Assembly: GCA_000934665.2 (NCBI GenBank)
Contig: KZ538761.1
Span: forward strand, 1 to 49,125
DNA length: 49,125 nt
Direction of reading: 5' to 3'
Origin: Catajapyx aquilonaris
Taxonomy: Eukaryota
The notes beneath the pieces were generated by a model, which was not told where the DNA came from, did no database searches, and saw only the letters and a program-made list of their open reading frames with translations. A program made the translations under genes and the position numbers. Below, piece by piece: positions 1 to 12,324 of the stretch (positions are counted from its first letter, which is position 1; each line of letters begins with the position of its first letter).

Positions 1-85
1 TTATAAAACGCACCGGGGTTGTCGCCACCTACGATTTTTCCCCACCCCCTCGCGCGCGCTTGACCCGTGACTCTGAAACACCCTG
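1..85. mobile_element. Right end of a CAGGG-type Tc1/mariner MITE, same family as 36008-36555
   Basis: Near-identical to 36473-36555 (ccggggttgtcgccacctacg...cttgacccgtgac...accctg). Confidence 0.85.
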
Positions 86-1229
86 ATGTATATATTGGAC
101 TTGCTTCTGGTAGGGGAATCCCTTAGCCAAATCAAAGGCCTGTACCAGCCTGTACTGTACAATGAGTGCCAAAAATGAGTTGTGGCATTGCTAAAACTTA
201 AATTTTATAATAGATAAGAACTCACCACGCAAGGAAAGGTACTCTACTGTACGTCAAAATATATAGAAGTCGTGCTCTTTCTCGGATTTTGGGGTTGCCG
301 CTTGCCCCCCCCCGAGATATCATGAAATGGTTATATAGTTCCCCCTACTTTGCCAGGACTGGTGTTTGTTCTACTGTCAGAATGACACTGGTTCAATCCA
401 ATCATGTGACCAACTAGGGTGCCATAGCCCATCCCCATTTGAGTATAATAGACTAAGTTAATAACTGCTTTAATCTTGCAGACAGTGCAATGTAGCGACT
501 ATGTACAGCACATGCATTTGAATGCCGTTACAGGCATGTTGGTCTATACTGGCCAAAGCGTCTTCTGTCTGATAACTCAGATCAGGTGATGGGATATACG
601 TTTGCGGCTTGCCTTTTCATAGGCACCGTACCAGTAAATCCGACGCCTGACACTCTCGTTGCTACAGAGGTAGCTCTGTGGTAAAATACCAATCTATTAA
701 ATTGGAGGGAACTGGGTTCAAATTTTCTGATGCAATTTTCGACAATGAACCCATGCATGATCGGAAACGTCTCGTGTCGACCCTATGGAGTGGTAAAGGG
801 TGGGTAAAGGCGTCAAATTAGCCCCTGATGGCAGGTAATAACCCACGCAACTGGCCAGTGTAGGGTAGGCCAGGGTCCCCTACATGGTTGCCTCCCCCAC
901 CCTAGCCAGGGTATTGTCTCCACGTAGTCCTTATGGGGCGTCCATATTGCAGCTAGATTGCATGCTGCAGGATAGGAAATTGGCAAGCGGCCAAATTTTT
1001 TTTTGTCAAGGACATTTTTTTCAATTAGCTCCAATATGTCGGAGAGACAATACCCTGTCTAGGTGGGGGAGGCATTCATGGAGGTTACCCTGGGGTAGTG
1101 CCTGCGTTCAAGTGTGAAGGTGACAAAAGTTGCCTCCTTGCCAGCAAAGTAGACAGACGTGCGAGGACGCTCTCCCCCAAGGCCAAACATTGGCATTTAA
1201 ATTCGTCAAAATGGGGCGGGTGTCCAAGG

Positions 1230-1620
1230 ACGAAATGGTCGATCTGTTGAAAAGCCTGGGGAAGAAGCTGGATACCAAGATTCAGGAGGCAATCGAGAAA
1301 TAACAACGGAGCTAACGAAGATCCTGGCGGATAAGGAGATGGAAGAGCAAAACGAAAAAGTGAACAAGCTCCAATCTATATGGTGTCAGACCTTTCGAAC
1401 CAGCTTGAATTCTAGACCTCCCAAGATTCTGGCACTTGAAACCAGAATCATCAACATGGAAGACCGAGGTAGGAGGAATAACATAATCCTTTTTGGGTTG
1501 AGTCCCGATGGCCAGGAAACATGGGGGGACACAGAACTCAAGGCGTGAAGGCTTTATCCCACCTCGGGGTCCTCCCGCTCAAACCCAATTTGCCTATCGA
1601 GCGCAGCGATTTAACCCCTA
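1230..1620 (+). pseudogene. LINE ORF1 fragment (L1-type coiled-coil/RRM)
   Basis: LETRIINMEDRGRRNNIILFGL...ETWGDTE resembles LKDRVVQLENQTCRQNLLFFGI...ETWDEAE in the ORF1 at 26276. Confidence 0.7.
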
Positions 1621-1657
1621 ATCGTCTGAGGCTGTTGTGAAATGTATTAATAGGTAC

Positions 1658-1871
1658 AGGGGCGTTCAGACGAGGCAACTTGGTTACAGCAACGTGGCTG
1701 CAACCTGGTTGCATGAAACCCGAAATACACACAGAGAATAGGAAGTTGCAGCTACCCAAAAAATGCTGCAACTTTCTGCAACCGGGGGTGGCAACCAGGT
1801 TCCTATTCTCTCCGTGTATTTCAGGTTGCAGTCACGTTGCTGCAACCAAGTTGCCTCGTCTGAACGCCCCT
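1658..1871. mobile_element. Palindromic MITE, PIF/Harbinger-like
   Basis: TIR AGGGGCGTTCAGACGAGGCAACTTGGTT with a 3-bp TSD (TAC) on both sides. Confidence 0.8.
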
Positions 1872-2165
1872 TACTGTACAAGGTTGGAAATAAAGGAGTG
1901 TGATGTCAGAAGGGGGACACACACAAGATGGCTGAACTGATCAGACTTGTTTCACTGGGGAGCACCTCTCCTCCTGGTTTTGTTTCACGATCAATCCAAA
2001 TTGCCCATGCCCAGTGCAGTGGTGCAGACCCTATAGGTGCAGACCTGACACACAATAGAGTACTCGTGGCCATCAATAATGATATACAGCCATAAAAGAC
2101 ATAAGTGGGGATACAGAAGTGCTTGGAGGCGCACTTCAGCAGGCGCTATCATTACATTTTTACAG

Positions 2166-2180
2166 ATGCTGGGCTTCTGA
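2166..2180 (+). CDS. Terminal micro-exon (MLGF*) of a probable second CENP-X paralog; its upstream exons lie outside the window or are lost
   Basis: ttacattttttacAG|ATG CTG GGC TTC TGA. The following ~390 bp (to 2566) align with the sequence downstream of 44684 (to ~45045). Confidence 0.6.
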   Translation: MLGF

Positions 2181-2566
2181 TAAGATAAGATCAAACTCCA
2201 CAACAGATGCCTCATGGTTTCTGCAACATTTATTTTGTTAAATTGAGATTTCTGAATACATAAGTTTTACACACAATAGAATAGAAGTAAGAAAATGAGA
2301 TTCACAATTTGGTGAAGATAGGATTAATGTTCATGGTTTCACAGGTGTAATTGGATGTTATGGTTAGCAACCCTCCCAAAATCTTGGGGTGTCTTTCAAG
2401 AAGTGAGTGTAGTGAATGATAAACAAATTGTTAATATTTCACCCAACTTCCTCCCCGTTTAAAAAAATGCTCTGCAACCCACATGCCCAACTTATGAAAC
2501 TTAGTAGGTTGGGAACTTATTTTCTCTCCCACATTCTCTGAAAAGCCTCATAAGGGTCAACTAATA

Positions 2567-2773
2567 CAGGGTGGTCCAAGTTCAAGTGTCGTTTTATAAC
2601 GGCGAGTAATAGCAGTGATTTTGCGATGACGTAGCAGCGACGCGTAAAATGTCCCACTTCGGCGCATCTTCGGCGCAATCGAAGTGGGCAATTTTACATG
2701 TAGCTGCTATGTCATCGTTAAGCGCTTCTATTAATCGCCGTTATAAAACGACACTTGAACTTGGACCACCCTG
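2567..2773. mobile_element. Tc1/mariner MITE
   Basis: TA|CAGGGTGGTCCAAGTTCAAGTGTCG...GGACCACCCTG|TA; almost fully palindromic. Confidence 0.9.
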
Positions 2774-3255
2774 TATACTGGTACTGCCAATTGTCTGTTT
2801 AACATCAGCCTTTGGCTGAACATGAGACAACTGTACAACAAATCATTTGTGGCAAGGAATATGCATAAATTACACATCATGGCACTACAGTAAATTTGCC
2901 AACTTTTTGTCTGAAAAAATAACTGCTAACTTTATATCTTGTACTATGATGTACAAGCCTGTAAAATTTTGTGACTAAAACAAGTATACTTGAGTCCCTC
3001 TGAGAAGCTACTCAGTTTCTCACAACAACAACAACAAAACATGGGGCAAGACACTACTACAACGAGACATAAAGAGAGACTAATGCTAAAAAACAAATAA
3101 ATATGCATAATCAATCATGCAGAGAGCAATCCATTTTGACAGCTGGGACTTAATGGGTTGAGGGAGTTTATACCACAGGATGACATTTTGTAGCTGGAGG
3201 GTCAACTTCAAAGAGATTCTTTCTTTACAAGAGAACATATTCCATGACTCCAATC

Positions 3256-4054
3256 ATGGCCACCAAGAGACAAGGCCGGGGCGCCGGAATCATGGCGTCA
3301 TGATAGGAGGAGAGCTCCTCCGTAAGCGGACTATGGCGGGAGCACATTTTTGTACACGTTTTCCCTATTATCTTCATACCAATGCATCGGAGGATCACAA
3401 CAACCTCTAACTGATATCTGGGAAATGATTTGGTGATTCCAAAGATGTGAAAAAATCGTACATGTTTTTGTTTGACAGTAGTAAATGGTGGGGGAGAACC
3501 CAGCTGTCCGTCACTTCCCTTGGAAGCTAATTGGGTTCATACCATGCACGGCTTGATAACTTTCAGATGTTTTTAACTTTCACACATTCTGTAGACCAGT
3601 GTTTCATGAGAAAGCAGTGTTGGGTATGTACTGTATGCAGTGTAATGGGCTTATTTTGCTTCAATGCTTATGAGTATAACTTGCATGTTATGTTTGGACT
3701 CTTTCCACAAAATAGGAAAGATGAAATAATATTAAAATTAAAATTTTATAATGTAAAACCCCATTGTTATTATTTTATTCCTGCACTTTCTTCCTCATGC
3801 CTAACATCCTTCGTCTTATGTTGCCGAATATGCAGACACATTGCACGCATACTAAATCGAATTTGGTGCCGTTGGAATCCCGACTTCAATTAGAGGGTGT
3901 CATAGGCCTCTGATGCATTGGTATGATGAAATTCGCGGAAATGTGTACAAAAACGTGTTCCCGCCATAGCCCGCTTGTGGAAAAGCTCGCCTCCTATCGT
4001 GATGTCACAGCGTTCCACCTGTTCCTGCACCTGGCCTTGTCTCTAAGTGGCCAT
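3256..4054. mobile_element. Old non-autonomous TIR element
   Basis: Diverged inverted arms of more than 100 bp (ATGGCCAC..AGAGACAAGGCC...TTTTGTACAC versus its reverse complement at ~3940-4054). Confidence 0.65.
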
Positions 4055-4686
4055 CATACTCCAATACACAAAAATATCCCTTTAAAAATTGCTACCTTCT
4101 TTCACAGCTGAGGGTGCCATTTGTCAGAAATTGCTTCCCTATATGTTAAACTGTGTGAGCCACTTTGTGTCACAGTCACAATTCCCCATAATTTAAAAGA
4201 ATGACAAACAAATTATAAGCAGCCTGCAAGATGTAAAACAGATGTCGCTTCCCTTGTAGACAGCCACTTGCAAAGGACAAAATCATTAGTTACACTAACA
4301 ACCAGTAGGAGGAGCCTGCATGGTATGTAGCCCATATCCTGCCATATGTCCAATGGCACTGTGACCGAGGCAACCACATCTGAAAGGGGTGCAAGTTCAT
4401 TTCAATGAATGTGCAAACATGCTGCTCACTAGCACTACAGAAAACAAACCATGATATCAACGTCACTATCTAAGTACACAAGGTAGGAGAGAGCGGGGTA
4501 CTGTGGTCCTTTCTATTTTAAAAACATAAGAAACTGGAAGAACTTCATCTGGTACCTCGTGAAACAAGTCACTATTGTGCGACCTGCCAACATGACAACC
4601 ACCTCTGAGATGCCTGCGATCCTGCTGTATTAGGGGAAAGCTACTTGCTTGAAGGGTAGTGAAGTTACTTCTAACCCTCAGTTTAA

Positions 4687-5762
4687 CCCCTGCGCTACCA
4701 GATAGGCCCGAACAACGTAGATTTCGGCTTACGCCTACTCCGAAGATATTTTCCCAATAATAATAATAAATAATAAATAATATAATAAATAATAATGGAT
4801 ACCCCGTGATAGGCCCCTTGGGCCTCTTAGGGGATCATCTTTTGAATAACCGACTTTAATCATTTGCCTGTAATGTGATGGATTTTGATAGTGGGAGGAA
4901 ACGGGAGAACCCCGCGAAAATCACGCGAACACGGAGAGAACCCATCGAAACTCTATCCACATAAGTATCCTCCGTCCGACCCGGGGATCGAACTCAGGAC
5001 CTTAGAGGTGGAAGGCTGCGGCGCTAACCACTCCGCCACCGTGTCGCCCTTTTCCCCAATAATAACAGGTATACTTACCAGATCTGGGAAAACACTATGA
5101 ATGTGTCTGGAACAATTTTACTTGTCTAGAAGTCCCTAAATTAATTTCCAAAAGAGGCCTATAAAACTCTAAATTAGGCTGCCAACCAACTGTTAGGCCG
5201 ATTTAATTATGAAATGTGTGAAAATATGCGGAATAACAGCCTTGAGAACCATGCCAGACGAATTTGCTGAAATTGTCGCACTTATATCGTCGAGAATAAA
5301 AAATTTATTTGCAGCTTTCTGGCACTCAGGAAAACTCCAAAATGAGTATGAGATGGATTTGCTGAAATCATCGCACTTCATGAGAAGCAAATAAATTTCG
5401 GAGCTTTCCGAAGTCCCAGAAAGCACCAAATAAGTATTAATTTATTTCTCGCAAAGTATGACGATTCCAGCAAATTCTTCTGGCATGGTTCTCAAGATTG
5501 TTATTCCGCATATTTTCACACATTTCATAATTAAATCAGCCTAACAGTTGGTCGGCAGTACTCTAATTTAGAGTTTTTATAGCCCTTTTTGGAAATTAAT
5601 TAAGGGACTTCTAGACAAGTAAAATTGTTCCTGACACATTCATAGTGTTTTCCCAGATCTGGTAAGTAAGGCTGTTATTATTGGTAAAATATCTTCTACG
5701 AAACTTCGGAGTACGCGCAAGCCGAATTCTATGTGGTTCAGGCCTATCTGGTAGCGAAGGGG
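4687..5762. mobile_element. piggyBac-like palindromic MITE
   Basis: TTAA|CCCC.GCGCTACCAGATAGGCC ... GGCCTATCTGGTAGCGAAGGGG|TTAA, with long inverted arms. Confidence 0.85.
4757..5049 (-). mobile_element. tRNA-derived SINE, family A
   Basis: Minus-strand head GGTGGCGGAGTGG (A box) and GAGTTCGATCCC (B box); ATT-rich tail; TSD-like tttc(c)ccaataataa. Confidence 0.85.
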
Positions 5763-6335
5763 TTAAATGCCATGCCAGACGTAGATGCTGGGCATGACCC
5801 TGATGTAAAAATGTTGTTGCATAGTGTCATCCTTTGTGCATAAATGCTGGAAATTTTGAAAGCTTCATTTGCAATGGAAGCTATGATTCATAACATCATG
5901 TCAGTTGCTGCCCTCTGGGGCACAGTGGTCCATCGTCAAATGTGCACCTCTTTTGACCGTGCCCCCTTTTGCCTCTGTACAGAAATTAATGTCATCATAG
6001 GTGTATAATGTATATGCTAATGGTTTTGATAGACACTTATGAAATAAATTCATGCGCTGGAGGATGTGGCCGGTCAAGGTCTACTTTCCGCAGAGAGACA
6101 ATGTTTCACTTGTGTCCACAGGTTGCAGTAACAGAAGTCCCTTTTTATTATTTCCTATTTATTTAGAGGGGTTAGAAGTACGATTTAAAAATATATATTA
6201 CTTCTTGAGTGAATGAGGGGTCCCAATCACTTCTGGGCCCACTGTGCCCCAGGCATCAGGGTACAGTGGTCCATTTGCATAGGGAAGCTTCTAAAATATT
6301 TTAAAGCCAAATGGATGGCACTGCATGTGAATATA

Positions 6336-6697
6336 CAGGGTGTTTCTAACTAGTCCAGCCAACGCCCATCAGCGTATTCCTTGGGCCAAAACAAGTCGAA
6401 AATGTAGGGGGCAGGAATGTGGGGACCAACCGTTAATGAGGTAGAACACCAGAAACATTGGTCAGTGATTGCCGAAGTTACAGGATATGAACGGTGATAA
6501 TCACTTCTATGAAAGAAGTGACCTTGCAAATCCCAACAGTCGAGATTTTCACGCTCATATTCTGCTCCTTCAGGCGACCATTGACCAATGTTTCTGGTCA
6601 AGGTCATTTTAGCAGTTGCTCCGCCATATTTCCCCGACTTCTTGTGGCTCCAGGAATACACTGACGGCAGTTGGCTGGACTAGTAACAAATACCCTG
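6336..6697. mobile_element. Tc1/mariner MITE
   Basis: TA|CAGGGTGTTTCTAACTAGTCCAGCCAAC...GTTGGCTGGACTAGT..TACCCTG|TA. Confidence 0.85.
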
Positions 6698-8099
6698 TAT
6701 TAGTGACGTGTATTACCATGCTGGAAAATATAGGGTGTGGAGGTATAACAGGAACTCTGATAAAAATTCAAATGTGCAAAAGTGGACCACTGTGCCCCGT
6801 TCTCCCCTACTGGACAACATGAGAAATCCCACCAGATTCCAGGTGAACAAGTTAGTCACTAAAGCTTTGTTCACCTGTCCAGCCTGAAAGCAGATACTTT
6901 GCTGACCACAAATAGATCCTTGTGATAGATGACTTGCCCAATTCATACTGTCAAAATACCTGTCCCCACTGAATGGTGAAACTCGATGTCTGTTCAATAC
7001 TATTGCCATACAGGATCTGACCAGTTTACAGTGGGTGAATCACTACTTTCAGATCGGTTTTCAAGCTTAGACAGTAATGAAGGAAAACCAAATCCATTTG
7101 AAAAGCCCCTCCTTGTCTGTCCCAAATATCAAGCTCAATCAAGGTCAAATTGAGCAATATCATGACAAAATAGTGAAATTAACATGGCTGTCAATGCCAC
7201 TCCTTGATTTCAGTTTATGCAAGTTGCAAAAATTTTTATTTCTTTGTAAATGCAACATATGACTCAAGCAACTTTTCTCGTTGCCTTGAAAAATGGACAC
7301 CTTGGTTCCTGAACCATTTCAGTCCAGGAACGCTCAATTGGGCTGTTGCCATTAGTTTCCTATCAGGTCCTTCATGCTCGCCTTTGGATGACCTGAGTCA
7401 CAACAAAATTCCACCCCTGAATCATAACCAGCAAGGTTGAGGCTGCTAAATGGGCAGCTCTAATCTGGGGCAATTTTGACTCGACTACTCTCACTATTCA
7501 AAAATTATAACCACTATGGTGGATCAATTTGCAAGGAATTGCATATTAAAATCCATGTTATTCGTTGTGTTGAATTCATATACAGTATATGCTATCAGAA
7601 ATCATGACATTCCATTATTTATGGAAATAAATTCAGAATGATGAAGCCAGTGATGAATCATCTGCTTATTGCCCATTAGTCGGGAACCAACACACTTATC
7701 TTACAAGAGGTGTCCAAACGTGGTGTATGTGGTGAAGTAACTCTGCAAACAAATTGACTTTATTCATTCAGTGTGGTCCAAACGACCCAGACTGAGAAGG
7801 TTAAAGCACTAATGACAAAGAATAAATCTCAGAGACACTTTCAGACTTTCTGAATATTCGCGAGACCCATGGCTTGCAGAGGCGCTGAAGTCGAATCCAA
7901 GATGGGCGACAGGGGGGGTAATCGCCTAGTCGAGCAGTATAAATACATTGGCATGAGGCAGGGAGAGCAGTAGACAGGGCTGAGCACACCCTATGTGGGC
8001 AGGGAGGGGTACACATATGGGCAGGGTGGGCCGGTGGGGCAGGCCCCGGGCCGAGGCAGAGAGGTAGCCGAAGCGGTACCTACGCAAATAGCTGGGAGA

Positions 8100-8720
8100 G
8101 CGGCTAGGCTGTATAGGGGAGTGGGTCCAGACGTACATGGTGACATTTGGGAATTAATTGGGGCCAAACTAGAGGTGGGAGGAGGGTGACAGTGCCCCCG
8201 TCGTCGAGAGGAGATTTCGATTGTTCCGACGACGTCCAATTTAGTATTACATACCGGGCGGCTAATTTACGGGGAATTAAATAGCTAATATCTAGACAAA
8301 AACCGCTGGGGCAAGAGAGGTCTGCTTGACTGTAATTGTCTGGGTCCAGAATGCAGGGTGACCTTTGGGAATGCATTGCTGCAAAACTAGGGGTTGTATG
8401 TGTGTGACAGTGCCCTTGTCGTTGAGAGGAGATTTCAAATGTTCTGACGATGACCATATTTGCTATAAATGTCCACAGGTTACTTTACGGAAGAATTAAA
8501 TAGGGAATATCCCTGCAAATCTCTGGATGAGAGGTCTGGCTGACTGTAACCATATGGGTTCAAAATGGAGGGTGATCTTTGGGAATTAATTACAGCCAAA
8601 CTAGGATTCGGAAAAGGGTGACAGTGTCCCCAATGTTGAGAGGAGATTTCGATTGTCCCGACAATGTCCATAAGTAAAATAAATTCCTACGAGTAATTCT
8701 GCGGGGGAATTTAATAGCGA
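8100..8720. repeat. Three diverged ~215-bp tandem units
   Basis: The motif gtgacagtg.ccc...gagaggagatttc recurs near 8186, 8404 and 8618. Confidence 0.75.
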
Positions 8721-8961
8721 CCTTCTCGGCAAAATGTGGGGCTTTGTCTCTGGACGACGCAACGACTGATACTTATGGACGTCGTGACGTCCACAAACAG
8801 CAGTCCCACTCATAAAGAATGGAATGACTCTATGGACGATGTTCATCCACAATGCCCAGCAGTTTTCCCTACCTTATTTCGACGTAACCCTAAGGACAAG
8901 CTTTTCTGGACCTCTATCCCGAATTTTAATAAAAATTTTAATTACCAAAATGTTCAACCAA

Positions 8962-9108
8962 GTATAGTGCGGAAAACTAAACAACGATCTGCCGTGAAGG
9001 TTTCCATGGAAATACCCTCACAGAAGACAGAACAATATGAGTAAACCAAAAAAGCAACAATGTAAGAAACGATGACGTCAGATCATCGTTCGGTTTTCCG
9101 CACTATAC
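8962..9108. mobile_element. Small MITE; a related copy lies at ~32722-32870
   Basis: TIR GTATAGTGCGGAAAAC; internal similarity (caatatgagtaaac..aaaagcaacaatg) to 32722-32870. Confidence 0.7.
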
Positions 9109-10210
9109 AATGCTTAGGTAGATTTCATGTGAATTTTCTCCCTAAAATTTTCCCACTTTGACTTGTTTTTTTTTTCTTATCCTTTTTACTTTATTTTGAT
9201 TCCCCTTTCCCAGACTTCCTTGCAACACTTTATAAACATTCTGGCGACCCAGGGGTTGGGAACAGGATAAACATTTCGTCCATATCGAGTAGTACCATTC
9301 TTTATGAGTGGTAGGCTACTGGCACATAAGAACTTCGAGTTTCATCCCACCACTTTACTCTTTTTTCCCTCATTCCCACGCATGGCAGGACTCGGACAGC
9401 AACTCCCCTTGTCCGCCATTAATGAGCTTCCGAGACAGCCGCCAGGTGTCAGCCACTTCAACGGCTCTTCCCAATTAAGATATTCATGGGAAAAAACAGG
9501 TTTACAAAGTATATTCAGGACAAGTGGGACTTAAAAGTTGCTCCGTAAATTGAAGAAGACCATCACTGTACTTTCATAACAGGCAACTGGCACTCACCAA
9601 TGCTCCTACCCTTAGTTTCAGCAAATTATTCCAGAATCCGAAAGTAAATGCCCAAATCAATCAAGTTGGAATCTCAAAGGCGCAAGAAAGGATCCCTTCC
9701 AGGATTGTTGTTGGTTCCAATCACTATAATTTTTAGTGAGGGTATTCCTTCCACCTAATACGGCTAATTATTTTGTACGTCTAGAATCGGGAAGCAGGCC
9801 TTTATTGATAAATGTCTTTAAAATTACGCTTAAATGGCTCATAAGATTATCCGAAATGCCAGACCGGTTTAGACCGGTTTAGACCGGTAAAGAAGCGATC
9901 ACTGTACAAAAACAACTGGATTAACAAAGTCGACGCGCTTTTGATTAAAGCGGGCAGTACATGGAACCATTGGACGAATTCGCCATCCTTAGCTGCAGCG
10001 GCCATGCTGACCACCCAATATATAGATGTTACTATTCAAACTGATTACACGGAATTGGGGGGCTCTTCCAGATACCAGAATTACGCATCATACAAAAATT
10101 CACCCTTACGCAAGCCTTATTTTTTATATAACATCCCTAGGGGAGAGCTGGGAGGGTTCGGATGCGCGGTGAATCTGGACACCTTCAAATTTCCCACTTC
10201 CTGCATAGTA

Positions 10211-10977
10211 CAGGGTGCGCCAGAAGTAGTCTAACACGTTTGTGAATTTTTTTCTTGGTGCAGTGATTTATTAATTTGAAACTGAATGAATCACACAATA
10301 GCACATACTCTGATAATGCATCCAGGTATTTTTTTTATACATGATGCTGTGATGTCTGACTGTACAGGAGGTCACAAAACTTGTCTGCCATCACCGCCGA
10401 GGCACTCACGTAGTCGACCCTGGACAGACCTGCACACTTTGGCACAAAAGTCCGGAGAAATTGTTGCAAAGCTCTCCCGGATCTTCTCTCGTAATTGTGG
10501 AAGAGTTTTGGGCTTCTGGGCGTATACTTTCTCTTTCAATACACCCCACACAAAAAATCTGGAGGTGTCAGATCGCAGGATCGTGGTGGCCAGTCCAACA
10601 TGGCCGCCGGCGGCCATGTTGGGCCAGCATGTAGCGCTTCCCTTTTGTACCTATAAAGTTCAGCCTAGTCCGGTAGGGTCGCCACATAATTGCTCTGGGA
10701 AATGTCTCATGGCGCTCTCAGGTGAGCACCCGCTGCAAAACTCATCGGCAGGCGATAAGCTCAGAATGTAGTATAAGTGTCCGGGGGCTGCACTGAATGC
10801 GGTCCTCTAGTGACAAGCGCCCGGCCATCTTTCAGGTGGCGATGACATCGTCGCTATTGGAATCCTCAGGCACTATCGACATCGCCCCATACTATTATGT
10901 TAAAATTTTACCTGAATTGCAGTTGCGAGGACGTAAAAAAATTCTCAAACCTGTTACACTACTTCTGGCGCACCCTG
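10211..10977 (-). mobile_element. Internally deleted Tc1/mariner element retaining the transposase C-terminus
   Basis: TIR CAGGGTGCGCCAGAAGTAGT with TA flanks. Minus strand reads WPPRSCDLTP..FFVWGVLKEKVYAQKPKTLPQLREKI (frameshifted). Confidence 0.9.
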
Positions 10978-11297
10978 TATATTGACATCTAGCGGGCCAC
11001 ACTGGAACATCTACATCATACGCATTACCCATTGTGCTGTGGTTGAGATCAGTCCATCAGTTTCACGGCAAGAATAGTTTTTCGTTTTTTGACCTCTCTG
11101 ATGCAATATTTCGTGACGGCATCGTAAGGTTCTGACGCCTCGCTTCGCATCATAGGTGCGCGGGAAGTCGTACATGCCGAAGTATGCCTACCTGACATTG
11201 AATCGGGTGTGTTATCTGTGGCATGCTTTCCTTAACAAAGGCGCGAGAAGCCATGTTTACTGCGAATGCGCAGTGGGGAGGAATCGGACGCAGTGTC

Positions 11298-11419
11298 AGC
11301 AGTGTCCGAATCCTCCCCACATGCATTGACGCAGTGTCCGAATCCTCCCCACATGCATTGACGCAGTGTCCGAATCCTCCCCACATGCATTGACGCAGTG
11401 TCCGAATTCTCCCCACATG
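11298..11419. repeat. 32-bp minisatellite, about 4 copies
   Basis: Unit gcagtgtccgaatcctccccacatgcattgac, related to the TIR motif of the host element. Confidence 0.9.
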
Positions 11420-12324
11420 AGTCCTAACTCATGATATAGCCACATGATATAGCCTATGTATTCAGTTTCAGAGTAATAAACTAAAGGATATAAATTTCTA
11501 TCCCATTAGCACTCGAATGTAGGCCTATCATTCTGTCCGAAACCGCCCCACATCTTGTCCGGATCCACCCCATATATGGGGAGGGTTCGGACACTTTACA
11601 TAACTGCATTTAAAAATTTGTAACTTAATAATGGACTTATATAAGGACATGCCTTAGTGATAATTTTGAAGATTAAGGATGTACCATTTATGTCATGCAT
11701 AAAACGTTACTTGAGAAGGTTAAATTTAAGTATAAAAAATTAAAACGTAAAAACTGTCCGAACCCTCCCCGCTCTCCCCTATCCAAATCACAGGGGTACT
11801 GGCTAACCTACGGAACGAATCTCTGTATCTGCTAATTCAAGGCTATAAATTTTATATTCACCCATTTAATAACTGTTTGTTCACTGTGCTATCCGCCTAG
11901 TCTCGCTAGTCTCCACCATGTATTGTACACATGCTCTTTTTTAAATTTGCCAAGTAGAATACATCTTTCAGAATGGCCCAGTCCCTCCTCATAAGATACA
12001 TTATAATACTCCTCCACATTCTCTACACCAATTGTATTCCTTTTTTGTTCATTCTACCAGATTATTATGCCATGAAGATATCGTTTTACAAGCCTAATAT
12101 GTTGCTGTATATCTGGACCCCCCCCCCCCCCCCCCCNCCCCCCCTCCACCCGGTTGTTAAGGTAGCATCTGTCTTGGAGGCCTTATTACCAAACGATACT
12201 AGCCTATAGCATTTCCACTTTTCTTTTCTTTCTTTTTTCTTTCCTTTTGCTCCCTTGCATACCACAGTTTGCATATCTTCACCAATTATTTTTGCTCAAT
12301 GTATTGGAGCGTTTTCGATATATA

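Larger units (their letters stand above)
4486..6807. mobile_element. TA-flanked DNA element with GGGGAGA-type termini, carrying nested insertions
   Basis: TA|GGAGAGAGCGGGGTACTGTGGTCC ... GGACCACTGTGCCCCGTTCTCCCC|TA. The GGGCACAGTGGTCC motif also recurs internally. Confidence 0.65.
10140..11779. mobile_element. TA-flanked GGGGAGAG-terminus DNA element with a nested mariner-like element and internal tandem repeats
   Basis: TA|GGGGAGAGCTGGGAGGGTTCGGA ... TCCGAACCCTCCCCGCTCTCCCC|TA. Confidence 0.75.

Noticed and set aside
6820..7460. Coding-looking non-repetitive stretch
   Set aside because: Every frame examined is interrupted and no recognisable motif was found.
11298..11419. 32-bp repeats (and the 33-bp repeats at 43240-43358) as a CRISPR array
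   Set aside because: The units are head-to-tail with no unique spacers, no cas genes are present, and the context is eukaryotic.
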